From assembly GCA_963706575.1 (NCBI GenBank), contig CAVPNL010000012.1, forward strand, positions 32,001-96,000: 64,000 nucleotides of DNA. The letters are read 5' to 3'. Each line of letters opens with the position of its first letter. The stretch's first letter is position 1. The stretch is from an uncultured delta proteobacterium (lineage in GTDB: Bacteria > Desulfobacterota > Desulfobacteria > Desulfobacterales > JAHEIW01). Position numbers and translations under genes: made by a program. A model generated the notes under the pieces. The model was not told where the DNA came from, did not search any database, and saw nothing but the letters and a program-made list of their open reading frames with translations. Shown here piece after piece: positions 1-9,779 of the stretch.

Positions 1-413
1 CGGAGATTGTCAATGCCGCCAAAATTCTCCTGGAAAATCGGATTAATGGAATGCCTGTAATCGACGCGTTCGGCAGGCTGATCGGCCTTATTTGCCAGAG
101 CGATCTTGTCGCCCAGCAAAAGGCTATCCCCATTCCGTCCGTGTTCACTTTCCTTGAAAGCTTTATACCGTTAACATCCATGAAGCGGATCGACAAAGAA
201 ATGGAAAAAATTGCGGCCTTAACGGTAAAAGAGGCCATGACACTCGAGCCGGTAACGGTTAGCCCGGAAACCGATATCGAAGAGGTCGCCAAATTAATGG
301 TGGACAAAAAATATCACACGCTGCCCGTCGTGGATGGTGGCAAGGTCGTCGGAATTGTCGGCAAAGAGGATGTGTTGAAGACACTGTTACCCAAGTCGCA
401 ACCCGGAGAATGA
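1..413 (+). CDS. CBS-domain pair protein (5'-truncated by window edge)
   Basis: The frame is open from the window start (EIVNAAKILLENRINGMPVID...). Two CBS motifs (MPVID..G.LIGLI; LPVVDGGKVVGIVGKEDVL). Confidence 0.85.
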   Translation, partial: EIVNAAKILLENRINGMPVIDAFGRLIGLICQSDLVAQQKAIPIPSVFTFLESFIPLTSMKRIDKEMEKIAALTVKEAMTLEPVTVSPETDIEEVAKLMVDKKYHTLPVVDGGKVVGIVGKEDVLKTLLPKSQPGE

Positions 414-449
414 GCTCAGGCAGCGAATATAATCAGAGAAGGGAACTTC

Positions 450-1241
450 ATGCCTGACAAAGAAACCCCGCCGCAGCGAATTATCTCACTAACAGCTTCT
501 TTAACTGAAATTCTGTTCGCCCTAAAATTGGGTCATCGCGTGGTGGGGGTTACCGACAGTTGCGACTATCCCCCGGAAGTTAAAGACTTGCCGAATGTCG
601 CTTGCTGGTTCGACCCGGATATAGAAAAGCTCTTGGCCCTGAAACCCGATTTGGTGCTGGGTCTGCAAACCGCTCACCAGCATATAAAACCAGCCCTGGA
701 ATCGCAAGGCATTCGTTTTATACTTGTAAATCCGCTTACGGTTGAAGGGGCCATCGCCGATATCGCCCGGATCGGGGAAATACTGGGTGCGCATGGCGTA
801 TCGCAACACCTGATATCCAATCTTCATACCCGCCTGTCCGCGATCGATGCCCGGGTCAGCAAAATTGCCGGCGAAAGCAGACAAACCGCCTGCCGTATTC
901 TTGACATGGATGATGGTCGCTTCCATGTCGCCGGGCCCCTGTCGTTCCAATACGATATCATCTCTCGGGCCGGCGGCCAAAATGTTACCTGCTCGAAAAA
1001 TGAAGCCTATCCCAAGATAACGCTGCGTGAGCTGCGGGAATGGAATCCGCAGGTGATATTTAATTGCGGCTTTGATCTCAACTCACTTACCGGTATTGTG
1101 GATAAACCTGAGTGGCAGTCGCTGCAGGCCGTTCAGTCCGGCAGCGTGTTTACGTTTGATTGCGCTTTAACCTGCCGCACGGGGCCTCGGATCGTGGATA
1201 TGGTGGAGCTTTTATTCAAGACACTCTATTCGGATGAATAG
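450..1241 (+). CDS. Cobalamin/Fe-siderophore ABC substrate-binding protein (BtuF-like, helical backbone)
   Basis: PQRIISLTASLTEILFAL, VVGVTDSCDYPPEV, EKLLALKPDLVL and RTGPRIVD are BtuF-family motifs. No obvious signal peptide. Confidence 0.8.
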   Translation: MPDKETPPQRIISLTASLTEILFALKLGHRVVGVTDSCDYPPEVKDLPNVACWFDPDIEKLLALKPDLVLGLQTAHQHIKPALESQGIRFILVNPLTVEGAIADIARIGEILGAHGVSQHLISNLHTRLSAIDARVSKIAGESRQTACRILDMDDGRFHVAGPLSFQYDIISRAGGQNVTCSKNEAYPKITLRELREWNPQVIFNCGFDLNSLTGIVDKPEWQSLQAVQSGSVFTFDCALTCRTGPRIVDMVELLFKTLYSDE

Positions 1242-1350
1242 GGGTTTCAGGTGTCAGTAAAAAATAAGTGCTGAGCTATGAGGACTGAGGACTGAGGATG
1301 TGTTTAAAGTTGAAGCAAAAATTTAGATACAGCAGAGATAGAAAGCGGAG

Positions 1351-2475
1351 ATGAAAAACGAAAGGGATTTGCGGATTACGATTATCGGACTGGGGAATCT
1401 CATGGAAGCGATATTCTCCTGTATTGTTGAAACCATTGGCAGAGAAAACCTTTGGAGGCAGGTGAATGCAACCACAAACGACCAACCCGATTTGAGAAGG
1501 AAGCAAGAGGCCTTAGGGATTCCTGTAATTTTAAGTGACAATTTGGCGGCGCTTAAAGAAATGGAGCCGGATATCATCTTTTTTGCGCCACCGCCGCATG
1601 TCGCGCCCGGTATCATTCGCAATGAGTTGAAAAATTACTTTGCTTATATTCGGCAAGAATCAGCGGCCCTTCCCGAAATTTATGCTTTCCCGCCAACCCC
1701 TTCCGGTGCTTATTATGAGGAAATCCTGGGCAAGGATATACTTGTCGCGAACATACTGCCGCATCCGGTTCGCGTTATTGGCGGAAAACCTTTAAAGGAT
1801 GAAGGCTTTTATTCACGGACATTTAACCGGCCCTGGCCGCAAGAAAACACAGCCAGACTGAAGAGAATCTTTGAAACGATGGGGGACGGAATAGATCTCA
1901 AACCGGATGAAATCGTTCCCATGATGGGTGCCTGGATTATGCTTGAAGTCCTTTCAGAAGTGGTGACCACGATTGCCGACACGATTGAAGAAAAGGGGAA
2001 ACCCATTGGTCACAGAATTTTGTCAAAATATATGCGGGCTAAGGCACGGCAAGTGCTTAGAAGTGGTGAGGGCAGTGGCATTTCAGAGGCAGAACGAATA
2101 GAGCCGCCTTTGCGGCTGATTTTAGATTATGTTACGCTGGCATGGTATGAAGGGATTAGAAATTATTTCCAGGAGGTAAATTTTCCCCTTGAGTTGAGTA
2201 TGCGCATTTTAAATCTTCTAATGGATTTTCAGCTGCATATCCTTGAGGCCGAAAATCGAGTTGTTGTTGATAAAAATACCGTTATGGCGGCAACAAAGGG
2301 GGGTGTCCTTGAAAAAGGATTACATTGCTACCACCAAACCATTGAGGCCACCCTTAAAAAGGCGATTAAACAAATGCCTGAAAAATCGACCGAACAATGG
2401 AAAGATGTCCTTAGCGGTAAAGTGACCGAAGCCGCTCATGCCGTCCGCAAACATGGGATGACCTTGAGCGGATAA
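1351..2475 (+). CDS. Pyrroline-5-carboxylate reductase-like NAD(P)-binding protein (extended)
   Basis: N-terminal Rossmann IIGLGNLMEAI and C-terminal ATKGGVLEKGL resembling ProC (S/T)PGGTT. At 374 aa it is longer than canonical ProC. Confidence 0.6.
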   Translation: MKNERDLRITIIGLGNLMEAIFSCIVETIGRENLWRQVNATTNDQPDLRRKQEALGIPVILSDNLAALKEMEPDIIFFAPPPHVAPGIIRNELKNYFAYIRQESAALPEIYAFPPTPSGAYYEEILGKDILVANILPHPVRVIGGKPLKDEGFYSRTFNRPWPQENTARLKRIFETMGDGIDLKPDEIVPMMGAWIMLEVLSEVVTTIADTIEEKGKPIGHRILSKYMRAKARQVLRSGEGSGISEAERIEPPLRLILDYVTLAWYEGIRNYFQEVNFPLELSMRILNLLMDFQLHILEAENRVVVDKNTVMAATKGGVLEKGLHCYHQTIEATLKKAIKQMPEKSTEQWKDVLSGKVTEAAHAVRKHGMTLSG

Positions 2476-2508
2476 AAAGCGATACAGGAAAGAAAGAGAG
2501 GAACTTAA

Positions 2509-3831
2509 ATGATCTCGAACTCGGAAAAGTCGCAAAGGCTATATGAAAGGGCCAAAAATGTGCTGGTTGAAGGGGTCAATTCACCCTCGCGGGGTGGAGA
2601 GTTTTACAAGCCCTGCCCGATATTCATAGACCATGGACAGGGGGGCAAAATTTATGATGTAGACCAAAATGAATATGTTGACTTGATGCTGGGCTTCAGC
2701 GCCCTGGTCCTCGGCCATGCGCATCCGGAAATAATAACTGCTTTGCAGCGGGCCGGAAATATGGGCACGCATTATGCAGCCGCAGCGGAAATCGAAGTTA
2801 CAGTGGCGGAAAAAATGTGTCAATTGATCCCCAGTGCCGAAAAGGTGCGCTTTGCAAATTCAGGAACCGAAGCAACGATGGCGGCTATCAGGCTCGCGCG
2901 GGGTTACACCGGCCGGAAGAAGTTCATAAAATTCGAGGGTCAATATCATGGATGGTATGATGCCTTTCTTGTGAACTGTCATGCCAGACCCGCATACACG
3001 CTGGGTACCCGTAAAGACCCCGTATCCATTCCGGATTCATCAGGGCTTACGCCGGGGTCTTTAGCGGACACCATTATGGCGCCCTGGAATGATATTGAAA
3101 TTGTGGAAGAAAAAATAAAGCAGTATAAGGGGCAAATTGCTGCGATCATAACCGAACCGATCATGAGCAACATCGGCTTTATTCCTCCCAAACCCGGCTA
3201 TCTGAAAGACTTAAGGCAGATCACAAGCGACAACGACATTCTTTTGATCATGGATGAAGTTGTGACCGGCTTCAGATACGCTCCCGGGGGATGCCAGGAA
3301 TATTTTGAAATCCTTCCCGATATCGCCACTTTTGGAAAAGCAATGGGCGCCGGTATTCCCATCGGTGCCGTGGTCGGAAAAAAAGACATCATGGAGGCTT
3401 TTTCATGGGGAAAGGTATTACATTATGGCACTTTTAATGGCACCCGTCTTGCCATGGAAATCGTTGATACCAATATCGATGTACTCACCCGCGATGGAAA
3501 TGCCGGCATTAAACACCTGCACACCATTGGCGATAAGATCATCGCCGGACTTAAAGAGATATTCGAGCATCGGAAGGTGCCGGCGATCGTCCAGGGTTTT
3601 GGGCCGATGTTCCAATTATATTTCACGCAAAAGGATTCAATAAGTGATTTCAGGGATTACTGTAGCGAAGTCGATACGGATAAATACAGTCAATTCGCGC
3701 ATGAACTTTTCAAACGCGGTGTCTACAGCACCGTTTCGAACGGACTGCATTCGATTGCATGTATTGCGCATACCGAAGAAGATGTTGCCAAGGTTTTGAA
3801 TGCAGCCGATGACGTAATTTCCAGCATGTGA
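2509..3831 (+). CDS. Class III PLP aminotransferase (GSA-aminomutase-like)
   Basis: GVNSPSR, FANSGTEATMAAIRLAR, KFEGQYHGWYD, DEVVTGFR, TFGKAMGAG (PLP Lys), HYGTFNG. Confidence 0.9.
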   Translation: MISNSEKSQRLYERAKNVLVEGVNSPSRGGEFYKPCPIFIDHGQGGKIYDVDQNEYVDLMLGFSALVLGHAHPEIITALQRAGNMGTHYAAAAEIEVTVAEKMCQLIPSAEKVRFANSGTEATMAAIRLARGYTGRKKFIKFEGQYHGWYDAFLVNCHARPAYTLGTRKDPVSIPDSSGLTPGSLADTIMAPWNDIEIVEEKIKQYKGQIAAIITEPIMSNIGFIPPKPGYLKDLRQITSDNDILLIMDEVVTGFRYAPGGCQEYFEILPDIATFGKAMGAGIPIGAVVGKKDIMEAFSWGKVLHYGTFNGTRLAMEIVDTNIDVLTRDGNAGIKHLHTIGDKIIAGLKEIFEHRKVPAIVQGFGPMFQLYFTQKDSISDFRDYCSEVDTDKYSQFAHELFKRGVYSTVSNGLHSIACIAHTEEDVAKVLNAADDVISSM

Positions 3832-3897
3832 TCCCATTTTACAACTGGTATAAATAGCCCCGGGAAACTGAATAAGGAAGGATTATACGACAATAGG

Positions 3898-4783
3898 TCA
3901 GCGCGCATACCTGATAAGATAGAGCCCGCTGGACATAATAATAAGGGCCCCCATGACGGTCCAGGCATCCGGCAAGTCTGCGAACACAACAAAACCCAGA
4001 ATCGTTGCCCATATGAGCGTGGTGTAATCAAATGGTGCCAGCAAGGAGGCCGGTGCAAGCTTATATGCCTTAATCATTAAGTAATGGCCCAACGCGCCAA
4101 GAAATCCCATCCAGACTAAAACCAGCCATTGTCCAGGCGAAGGCGTGATCCAGAAAAACAAAACGCCGATCGTACAAATGATAGCCCCGCCGGCACTCGA
4201 ATAAAGCAGGGTGGTTAGTGCACCTTCAGTCCGTCCGAGGATTCGAGTTGAAATTTGAACCCCTGCATATAAAAGCGCTGTGATAAAGGGCAATATTGAC
4301 ACCCAGGCAACGATGGTGAACCCGGGTCGCATGACGACCAGCACGCCGACAAATCCTAAAATAACAGCTGTCCACCGGTGTCGGCCGACACTTTCACCCA
4401 AAATGCGGGGCTGCAAGCACTGTTACCAATAAGGGAGCGATAAAAAGAATTACGACACAATCCGCCAGCGGCAGAAACATCAATGCCAGCCAGAATGTAA
4501 GGGTCGAAGACACCAGCAGGATCGAACGCAGAATCTGCAGTTTTATTTTGCTGGTATGAATGATATCTGCGGGTGCACCTCTAAAGAAGAAAAGCGCAAC
4601 AAAGAGGAAGTTAAAAACATAACGCCCCCATAATAACACCCACAATGGAAGTTCATTGCCAAAATACTTGGCCGAGGCATCTAAAGACGAAAAGCAGATC
4701 GTCATAAAGATCACTAAACCGATCCCATGCAGCGGGTTTTGGGCGGCTGGCGAAATTGTTGCTTTATTTAGCACCGGGGGCAA
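3898..4783 (-). pseudogene. EamA/DMT family transporter interrupted by a +1 frameshift (possible sequencing error)
   Basis: ORFs 4394-4783 and 3898-4416 join into LAAP-ILGESVG if one base near 4405 is removed. Total span 886 = 295x3+1. Confidence 0.8.
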
Positions 4784-4892
4784 TTGGTCCCTTTCCTGTT
4801 CGGAGGTTTTTATGCGAATTTAAAAAACTCGTATCTATCAGAGCTTTCGTGGGGATGTCAATGAATACAATCCAGGTTCAAGGTTATTCGAA

Positions 4893-4922
4893 TGCGGATT
4901 GCGGATTGCGGATTGCGGATTT
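4893..4922 (+). repeat. Tandem heptamer (GCGGATT)x4
   Basis: gcggattgcggattgcggattgcggattt in the intergenic region. Confidence 0.9.
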
Positions 4923-5027
4923 TGGAATGAGAGGTGGGGTTTTAGGTCGGAAAGCTATTTGTAATATTTTCATATTTGCGATAATGACAGATTGATAAAC
5001 CTTTAAAATCCACAAAGGGATAAAGGT

Positions 5028-5993
5028 ATGACGTGACTTTTCAAAAGGTGCCGCTTATGTTGATGGCCAGATGGTGCCCATCGCTGAGGCTAAAATCTCG
5101 CTGCTTGACTGGGGCTTCCTTCATTCGGATGCAACCTATGATGTCGCGGGTGTGTTAAAGGGAAAGTTCTTTCGGCTCGATGACCATATCGAACGTTTCT
5201 TTGCGAGTATGGAAAAACTGCACATGTCAATTCCGCACAGCCGCAGCGATCTGCGCACTATCCTGATTGACTGCGTCCGGGCAAGCGGACTGAAAGATGC
5301 CTATGTCGAAATGATTTGTACCCGAGGGTTGCCCCAGCCGGGCTCGCGTGATCCGCGCACCTGCACGAATCAATTTTTCGCCTTCGCAATACCGTTTGTC
5401 TGGATCGCAACCCTTGAAAAACAAAAAGAGGGGCTGCACCTCATCATCAGTCGCCGACAGCGCATCCCACCGGAATCGGTTGACCCCACCGTGAAAAACT
5501 ATCACTGGCTCGACATGGTTATGGGCCTTTTCGAAGCTTACGATCGCGGGGGCGAAACGGTCATTGTCGTCGATGCGGACGGGAACCTGGTCGAGGGGCC
5601 GGGCTTCAATATTTTTGCGGTAAACGGCAGCACGCTGACGACACCCGGAAAAGGTGTGTTTAGAAGGTATGACGCGCAGGACGACGATCGAGATAGCACC
5701 GGAGTGTGGTTATGAAGTCTGTGCTGCGCAACCTGCCCGCTGATGAAGCGCTTGCTGCGGATGAAGTATTTATCACGACTACCGCCGGCGGCCTCATACC
5801 GATTACAAAAATCGACGGGCAGGCAATCGGCGCAGGCGCACCCGGCCCGGTTACCCGGAAATTACAAAAACGCTATTGGGAAGTGCACGAAGATCCGCGC
5901 TATACTTTGAAAATCGATTATTCCCGACTTGCGCGGAGATTTTATAACAATACGGTGAAAGCTCGGTTTCAACACCACTGGAGGCCTGCGTGA
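5028..5993 (+). pseudogene. Class IV PLP aminotransferase (branched-chain/(R)-amine transaminase-like) with three +1 frameshifts (possible sequencing errors)
   Basis: LLDWGFLHSDATYDV, TVKNYHWLD and EGPGFNIF are present. Removing one base each near 5034, 5660 and 5720 restores MTDFSKGAAYVDG..., GVLEGMTRRT and ADEVFITTTAGG. Confidence 0.8.
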
Positions 5994-6023
5994 AGATCTA
6001 GAAATGAAAGGAGATGACGTCCT

Positions 6024-6983
6024 ATGGGGCTTACAGAAATCTACCAGGAAGGCAAAAAGATCCTCAGGGGAAAAGAGTTCGGATGGGTGCTGGATGCGGT
6101 TGAAACCGGGTTTATTCTCGAACACGATCGTCGCATCCTCGATCGGTACACGTTTAGACCCCGTTACATCGACGGCGTGGAGCCCATAACCAGCTGCCGA
6201 ATTCTCGATGTTGAGTTGACAGCCCCGGTGATTATGTCGGCCATGACCATGCCGATTCCGGCGATAACGGATAACGGTTTGATGGATGTGGCCCAGGCCC
6301 TTAAAGATGCCGGCAGCCTCATGTGGGTGGGCACCCCCATCCCAAAGAATTTAAAGGACCTGGCTGCGACCGGCGTTCCGCTGGTAGCCAACGCAAAGCC
6401 TTTCAGAGATCGAGACAAAGTATTTCGAGATTTGGAAGAAATCCAAAAAGCCGGTGTCACCTGGGTGGGGATCGAGACGGACGCCGGGCAAGGAACCAAG
6501 ATCCACGACAAGCAGGTGGCCACCGACTGTGCACCGCTTTCACTGCAAGAACTCAAAGACATCCGCAAAAACGTTTCCTGTCCGTTGATCTGCAAAGGGA
6601 TTCTGAGTCGTCGGGATGCAGAAAAATGTGTCGAGGCCGGTGCCGACGGTATGGTTGTTTCCAACCACGGCGCCCACACCCTGGACTACCTGCCCCATGC
6701 CCTGCAGGTAATGGATGAAATTGTTGAAGCTGTCGGAGACAAGACTGTCCTGATTGCCGATGGCGGTTTCCGACGTGGCAGCGACGTCCTCAAGGGCTTG
6801 GCCTTTGGCGCTTCAGTCGTCGGCCTCGGCCGCCCGATCCTTTATGGCCTGGCCGCCCAAGGCCGGGAAGGTGTTTATCATCTCATCGATGAAATCACAA
6901 AAGAAATGAAACGTATCATGAGTATGATCGGTGCCGAAAATCCCGCAAAGCTTACACGCGATATGCTGATTGAAGACCCCTGA
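6024..6983 (+). CDS. FMN-dependent alpha-hydroxy-acid oxidase/dehydrogenase
   Basis: KGILS, VVSNHGA, ADGGFRRGSDVLKGLAFGA and GLGRPILYGLAA. Confidence 0.9.
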   Translation: MGLTEIYQEGKKILRGKEFGWVLDAVETGFILEHDRRILDRYTFRPRYIDGVEPITSCRILDVELTAPVIMSAMTMPIPAITDNGLMDVAQALKDAGSLMWVGTPIPKNLKDLAATGVPLVANAKPFRDRDKVFRDLEEIQKAGVTWVGIETDAGQGTKIHDKQVATDCAPLSLQELKDIRKNVSCPLICKGILSRRDAEKCVEAGADGMVVSNHGAHTLDYLPHALQVMDEIVEAVGDKTVLIADGGFRRGSDVLKGLAFGASVVGLGRPILYGLAAQGREGVYHLIDEITKEMKRIMSMIGAENPAKLTRDMLIEDP

Positions 6984-7047
6984 TCCATAGCAGTAAAAAA
7001 AAGGGGAGAATATCTTCGAAGGAAGAGAAAAAAAGTTCAAGAGGTGC

Positions 7048-7220
7048 ACTAAAGTTACAAGTGCCTAAAATGACTAAAATGAGCTAAAATGCCTAAAGTT
7101 GTGGTTTCGCTCGCGCAGCGCAGGCGCTTGCGCCGCGTGGCGCTCTATCTATTATTTTTAATATGATAGAATTCCTCAATTTTAGGCATTTTAGATCATT
7201 TTTAAATTTTAGCTCATTTG
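7048..7220. repeat. Intergenic inverted-repeat element with short-period arms (CTAAAATG.. / ..CATTTTAG)
   Basis: gcctaaaatgactaaaatgagctaaaatgcctaaagtt ... aattttaggcattttagatcattt...ttttagctcattt. Confidence 0.7.
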
Positions 7221-7527
7221 TTGTGATAAGCACTATTTATAGATATAGAGCTTTACCATATGACGGCAGTCCGCCGGAAGCGGATTGAGGCGGGTGCTAG
7301 ATATTTTTCAAGAAACTTTAGACTCTAACTTGCATTTTTTATCCACCTTAGATTTATCGCCACATTTCGGGCATCGTATATCGCCCCATTCAGCTTTAAT
7401 CGTTATTTTCTCAAACCCTCCATGCTTTTGGCATATAAATTGATAGACAGGCATTATATACTCCTTGACACATATATTTTATTAGAAACATCGCCTATCA
7501 CTGTATTCGGCCAACAGGGGGGATTAC

Positions 7528-7555
7528 TTTAGAAGTGGTTTCAAAACCCCATCTC
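7528..7555 (+). repeat. TIR-like 28-mer; inverted partner at 59027-59054
   Basis: TTTAGAAGTGGTTTCAAAACCCCATCTC matches the reverse complement of 59027-59054 at 26/28 positions. Confidence 0.75.
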
Positions 7556-7619
7556 GTTTTTTCGGGTATTTAGAAAGGTGGAAAGAAGGATGGATCAGAC
7601 GGGCTCCGGCCACAAAACT

Positions 7620-9252
7620 TTATTGTAAAACAATTTCATCGATCCAAATTGTGTTTGAACCCGGATTGCCGCCATCTCCTTGAAAGCTTGAAACCAGGAA
7701 AAAGATCTGAAGAACTTTTGCCATATCGGGTTTAGGCGGGTAATTGGAAACATTGTTTTGCGTCCATTTCGATGGGACAAAATCATCAAACGGGATTTCT
7801 ACCTTTTTCCAATCTTTGCCCGGAACAATTTCGCTGCGGTTATAATACTGAGCCACGGTCCCGAGTTTGGATTTAGCCGTCTCACTGTAGCAAAGGAGGG
7901 TGGCCAAGATTTTGTTGGGTTTTGATAAGAATGAAGTATCTTTCTCGCCTTTTAAAGAAAACGTTATGCTGTTGAACCTTGAAAGATCATAAGCCATCTC
8001 TCTGTGCTTTTCATTTATATAGGGTGCTTTAATCCCGATGCGAACGCTGACAGCTGATCTAGCATTTAACTTGTATTCTATTTTCATGGAACAGGAAGTC
8101 CCGTCGGCCGCCTGGGACGTGTCGGCCGAAACGTTGATCCTGGCACGGCCCTTTTTATGATGGCTCCATTTGTCATGGAAATTCTGCGACCAAAGGTCCC
8201 GGTCTTCAAAATCGTCCAGGATAAAAGGACCCTGACCCCGCTTCAAAACCTTGTGGGGCGTTTTTACCGTCTTCGGGATATAGGCCACGCGGTCGTCCTG
8301 ACCCTCAGCAGATCCCGATTCCAAGGTCCGGGGGGTTGCCTGCGGCTTTACAGCTTCGGGCGTTGTTTTTACAGCCATCTTTTTTTCAGGCGCCTGTGGC
8401 GGCACGAAGATAAAATCGCCGCGGTCCAGCTTGGGGTTGTTTATCTTACCGTACTGAGGGTGCTGCCCGCCCCGTGTGTAGTTTACCACCTTCTCCTGAA
8501 GGTGCATCCCCAGCTCGGAGCCGGTGACATAGCCATCCGCATTCAAGTCCGCGTCTCCGCTGATCCCCTGCAAGAACACCACCTTGAATACCGACTGATC
8601 CGGAACCTGTTCCCCCGCGCCGCCGGCCGTAATAAATTGCCTTACCGGCTGGGCGGATTTTTCAGAAATATCGACCGGGGCGGCACGCACGACATTGAAG
8701 AGGGAGCCCGAAAAACAGGAGTCAAACACCATAATGAAATGCTTGGACTTTACCTTTAGCGCCAGAACCTCCATGTCTTTCATGGAAATCGCTTTGCTGT
8801 CGAAGCCAACGGGATCCTTGTTCTTTAATGGACAGTCGCCGGGCACGATGTAACCCAGCTCGGTACCGTCGGCCAGCTCGATAGTCTCACCATGGCCGGC
8901 AAAATAAAACAGCAGGGCTCGATTTTTTTCTCTGCCCGCCTGGTAAACAACATCGCTTAGAACCTTTCTCAATTCTTTGGCAGAAGGATCCAGTGCGAGT
9001 TTGACCTCAAAGCCAATCTCTTTCAGGCGCGAGGCAACTTCGCTGGCGTCTTTGGCGGCGCTGGGCAGATCAGGCCATTTTTCGTAATCGCTGATTCCCA
9101 CAACCAGCGCATGGTAATCCTTATAAAGGTATAAGCTCTGTCCCTTTTTGGCAGTTACGTTGATGCCGCGCGTTGTTGAAAACGAAGAGAGGGGGAAAAC
9201 TGAAAAAAAGGAGCAGAAAGAATAGGGATAAAAAAGATATTCGTTTCTTCAT
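7620..9252 (-). CDS. Caspase-family (peptidase C14) protein with signal peptide and C-terminal carbohydrate-binding (CBM11/CIA30-like) domain; +1 frameshift in the leader
   Basis: HALVVGISDY, YFAGHG (catalytic His), DSCFSG (catalytic Cys); C-terminal LDDFED...DLSRFNSITFSLKG...IWIDEI. The ATG at 9250-9252 becomes in frame if one A is removed from the A7 run near 9203-9209. Confidence 0.8.
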
Positions 9253-9553
9253 GGCACACTCCCGTAATGAAATATCCTGGTTATGGTTAGGAGTGAGAAA
9301 CCGAAAGTGGCAAACCGCTTAACCAGCTAAAATGCAATTTAAAAGAAAACGGCAAGTTAGTCAAGAATGAAGGCTTGCTTCCCCGTTACCCTTTTGGGCG
9401 AAGTCCTTCAAGCAATAAGACCCGCTCTCAATTTGCTTGACGATGAAATAACCTTTTTGTTAAAAATAGAGTTCGATAATATTAGGATAACCCAAAACCA
9501 GAGGGCGCCATGATTAAAGAAAGGTTCAGGGTTAAAAAAAGATCGCGATACAG

Positions 9554-9588
9554 AAACCCCATTTCTCAAAAAGAGAGGTGGGGTTTTT
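9554..9588 (+). terminator. Intrinsic terminator-like hairpin
   Basis: AAACCCCATTTCTC-AAAAA-GAGAGGTGGGGTTT followed by a T-run. Confidence 0.65.
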
Positions 9589-9607
9589 GGTTTAGAGGGG
9601 TAACAAG

Positions 9608-9761
9608 TAGAACCTATCTCAAAAATGTGGATCAGGGTTCAGGGCAAGGCGTCACGTGAATTGAAACTCGTGTGTCCGAGCGTACACCGAGTGCGTGAGT
9701 ATTTCAATTCGCGGGACAACGCAGCCCTGGGCACTTAGACGCATATTTGCGATGGGTTCTA
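9608..9761. mobile_element. MITE-like element (154 bp), internally palindromic
   Basis: Ends TAGAACCTATCTCAAAAAT ... ATATTTGCGATGGGTTCTA, the same TIR family as 47336 and 54313. Internal arms gtgaattgaaactc / gagtatttcaattcgc. Confidence 0.75.
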
Positions 9762-9779
9762 AAAACTTGGAGCGTTAAT

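Noticed and set aside
2509..3831. Calling this gene hemL
   Set aside because: It is GSA-aminomutase-like, but motifs diverge (YHGWYD, HYGTFNG) and there is no tetrapyrrole context. A paralogue is more likely.
5028..5036. ATG-ACG-TGA at the aminotransferase start as possible selenocysteine or leader peptide
   Set aside because: The downstream coding sequence is in a different frame. A single extra base explains it, and there is no SECIS-like hairpin or Cys-equivalent position.
7040..7230. Repeats here and at 56620-56870 as CRISPR arrays
   Set aside because: Units are 7-10 nt without unique 30-40-nt spacers, and there are no cas genes.
7429..7444. Sigma54 promoter TGGCATATAAATTGAT
   Set aside because: The -12 element is GA rather than GC, and no plus-strand gene follows.
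9280..9420. c-di-GMP-I riboswitch suggested by GAAA/GGCAAACC words
   Set aside because: The order and pairing of elements (P2 GNRA loop, GCAAAGC, P3 receptor) could not be built on either strand.
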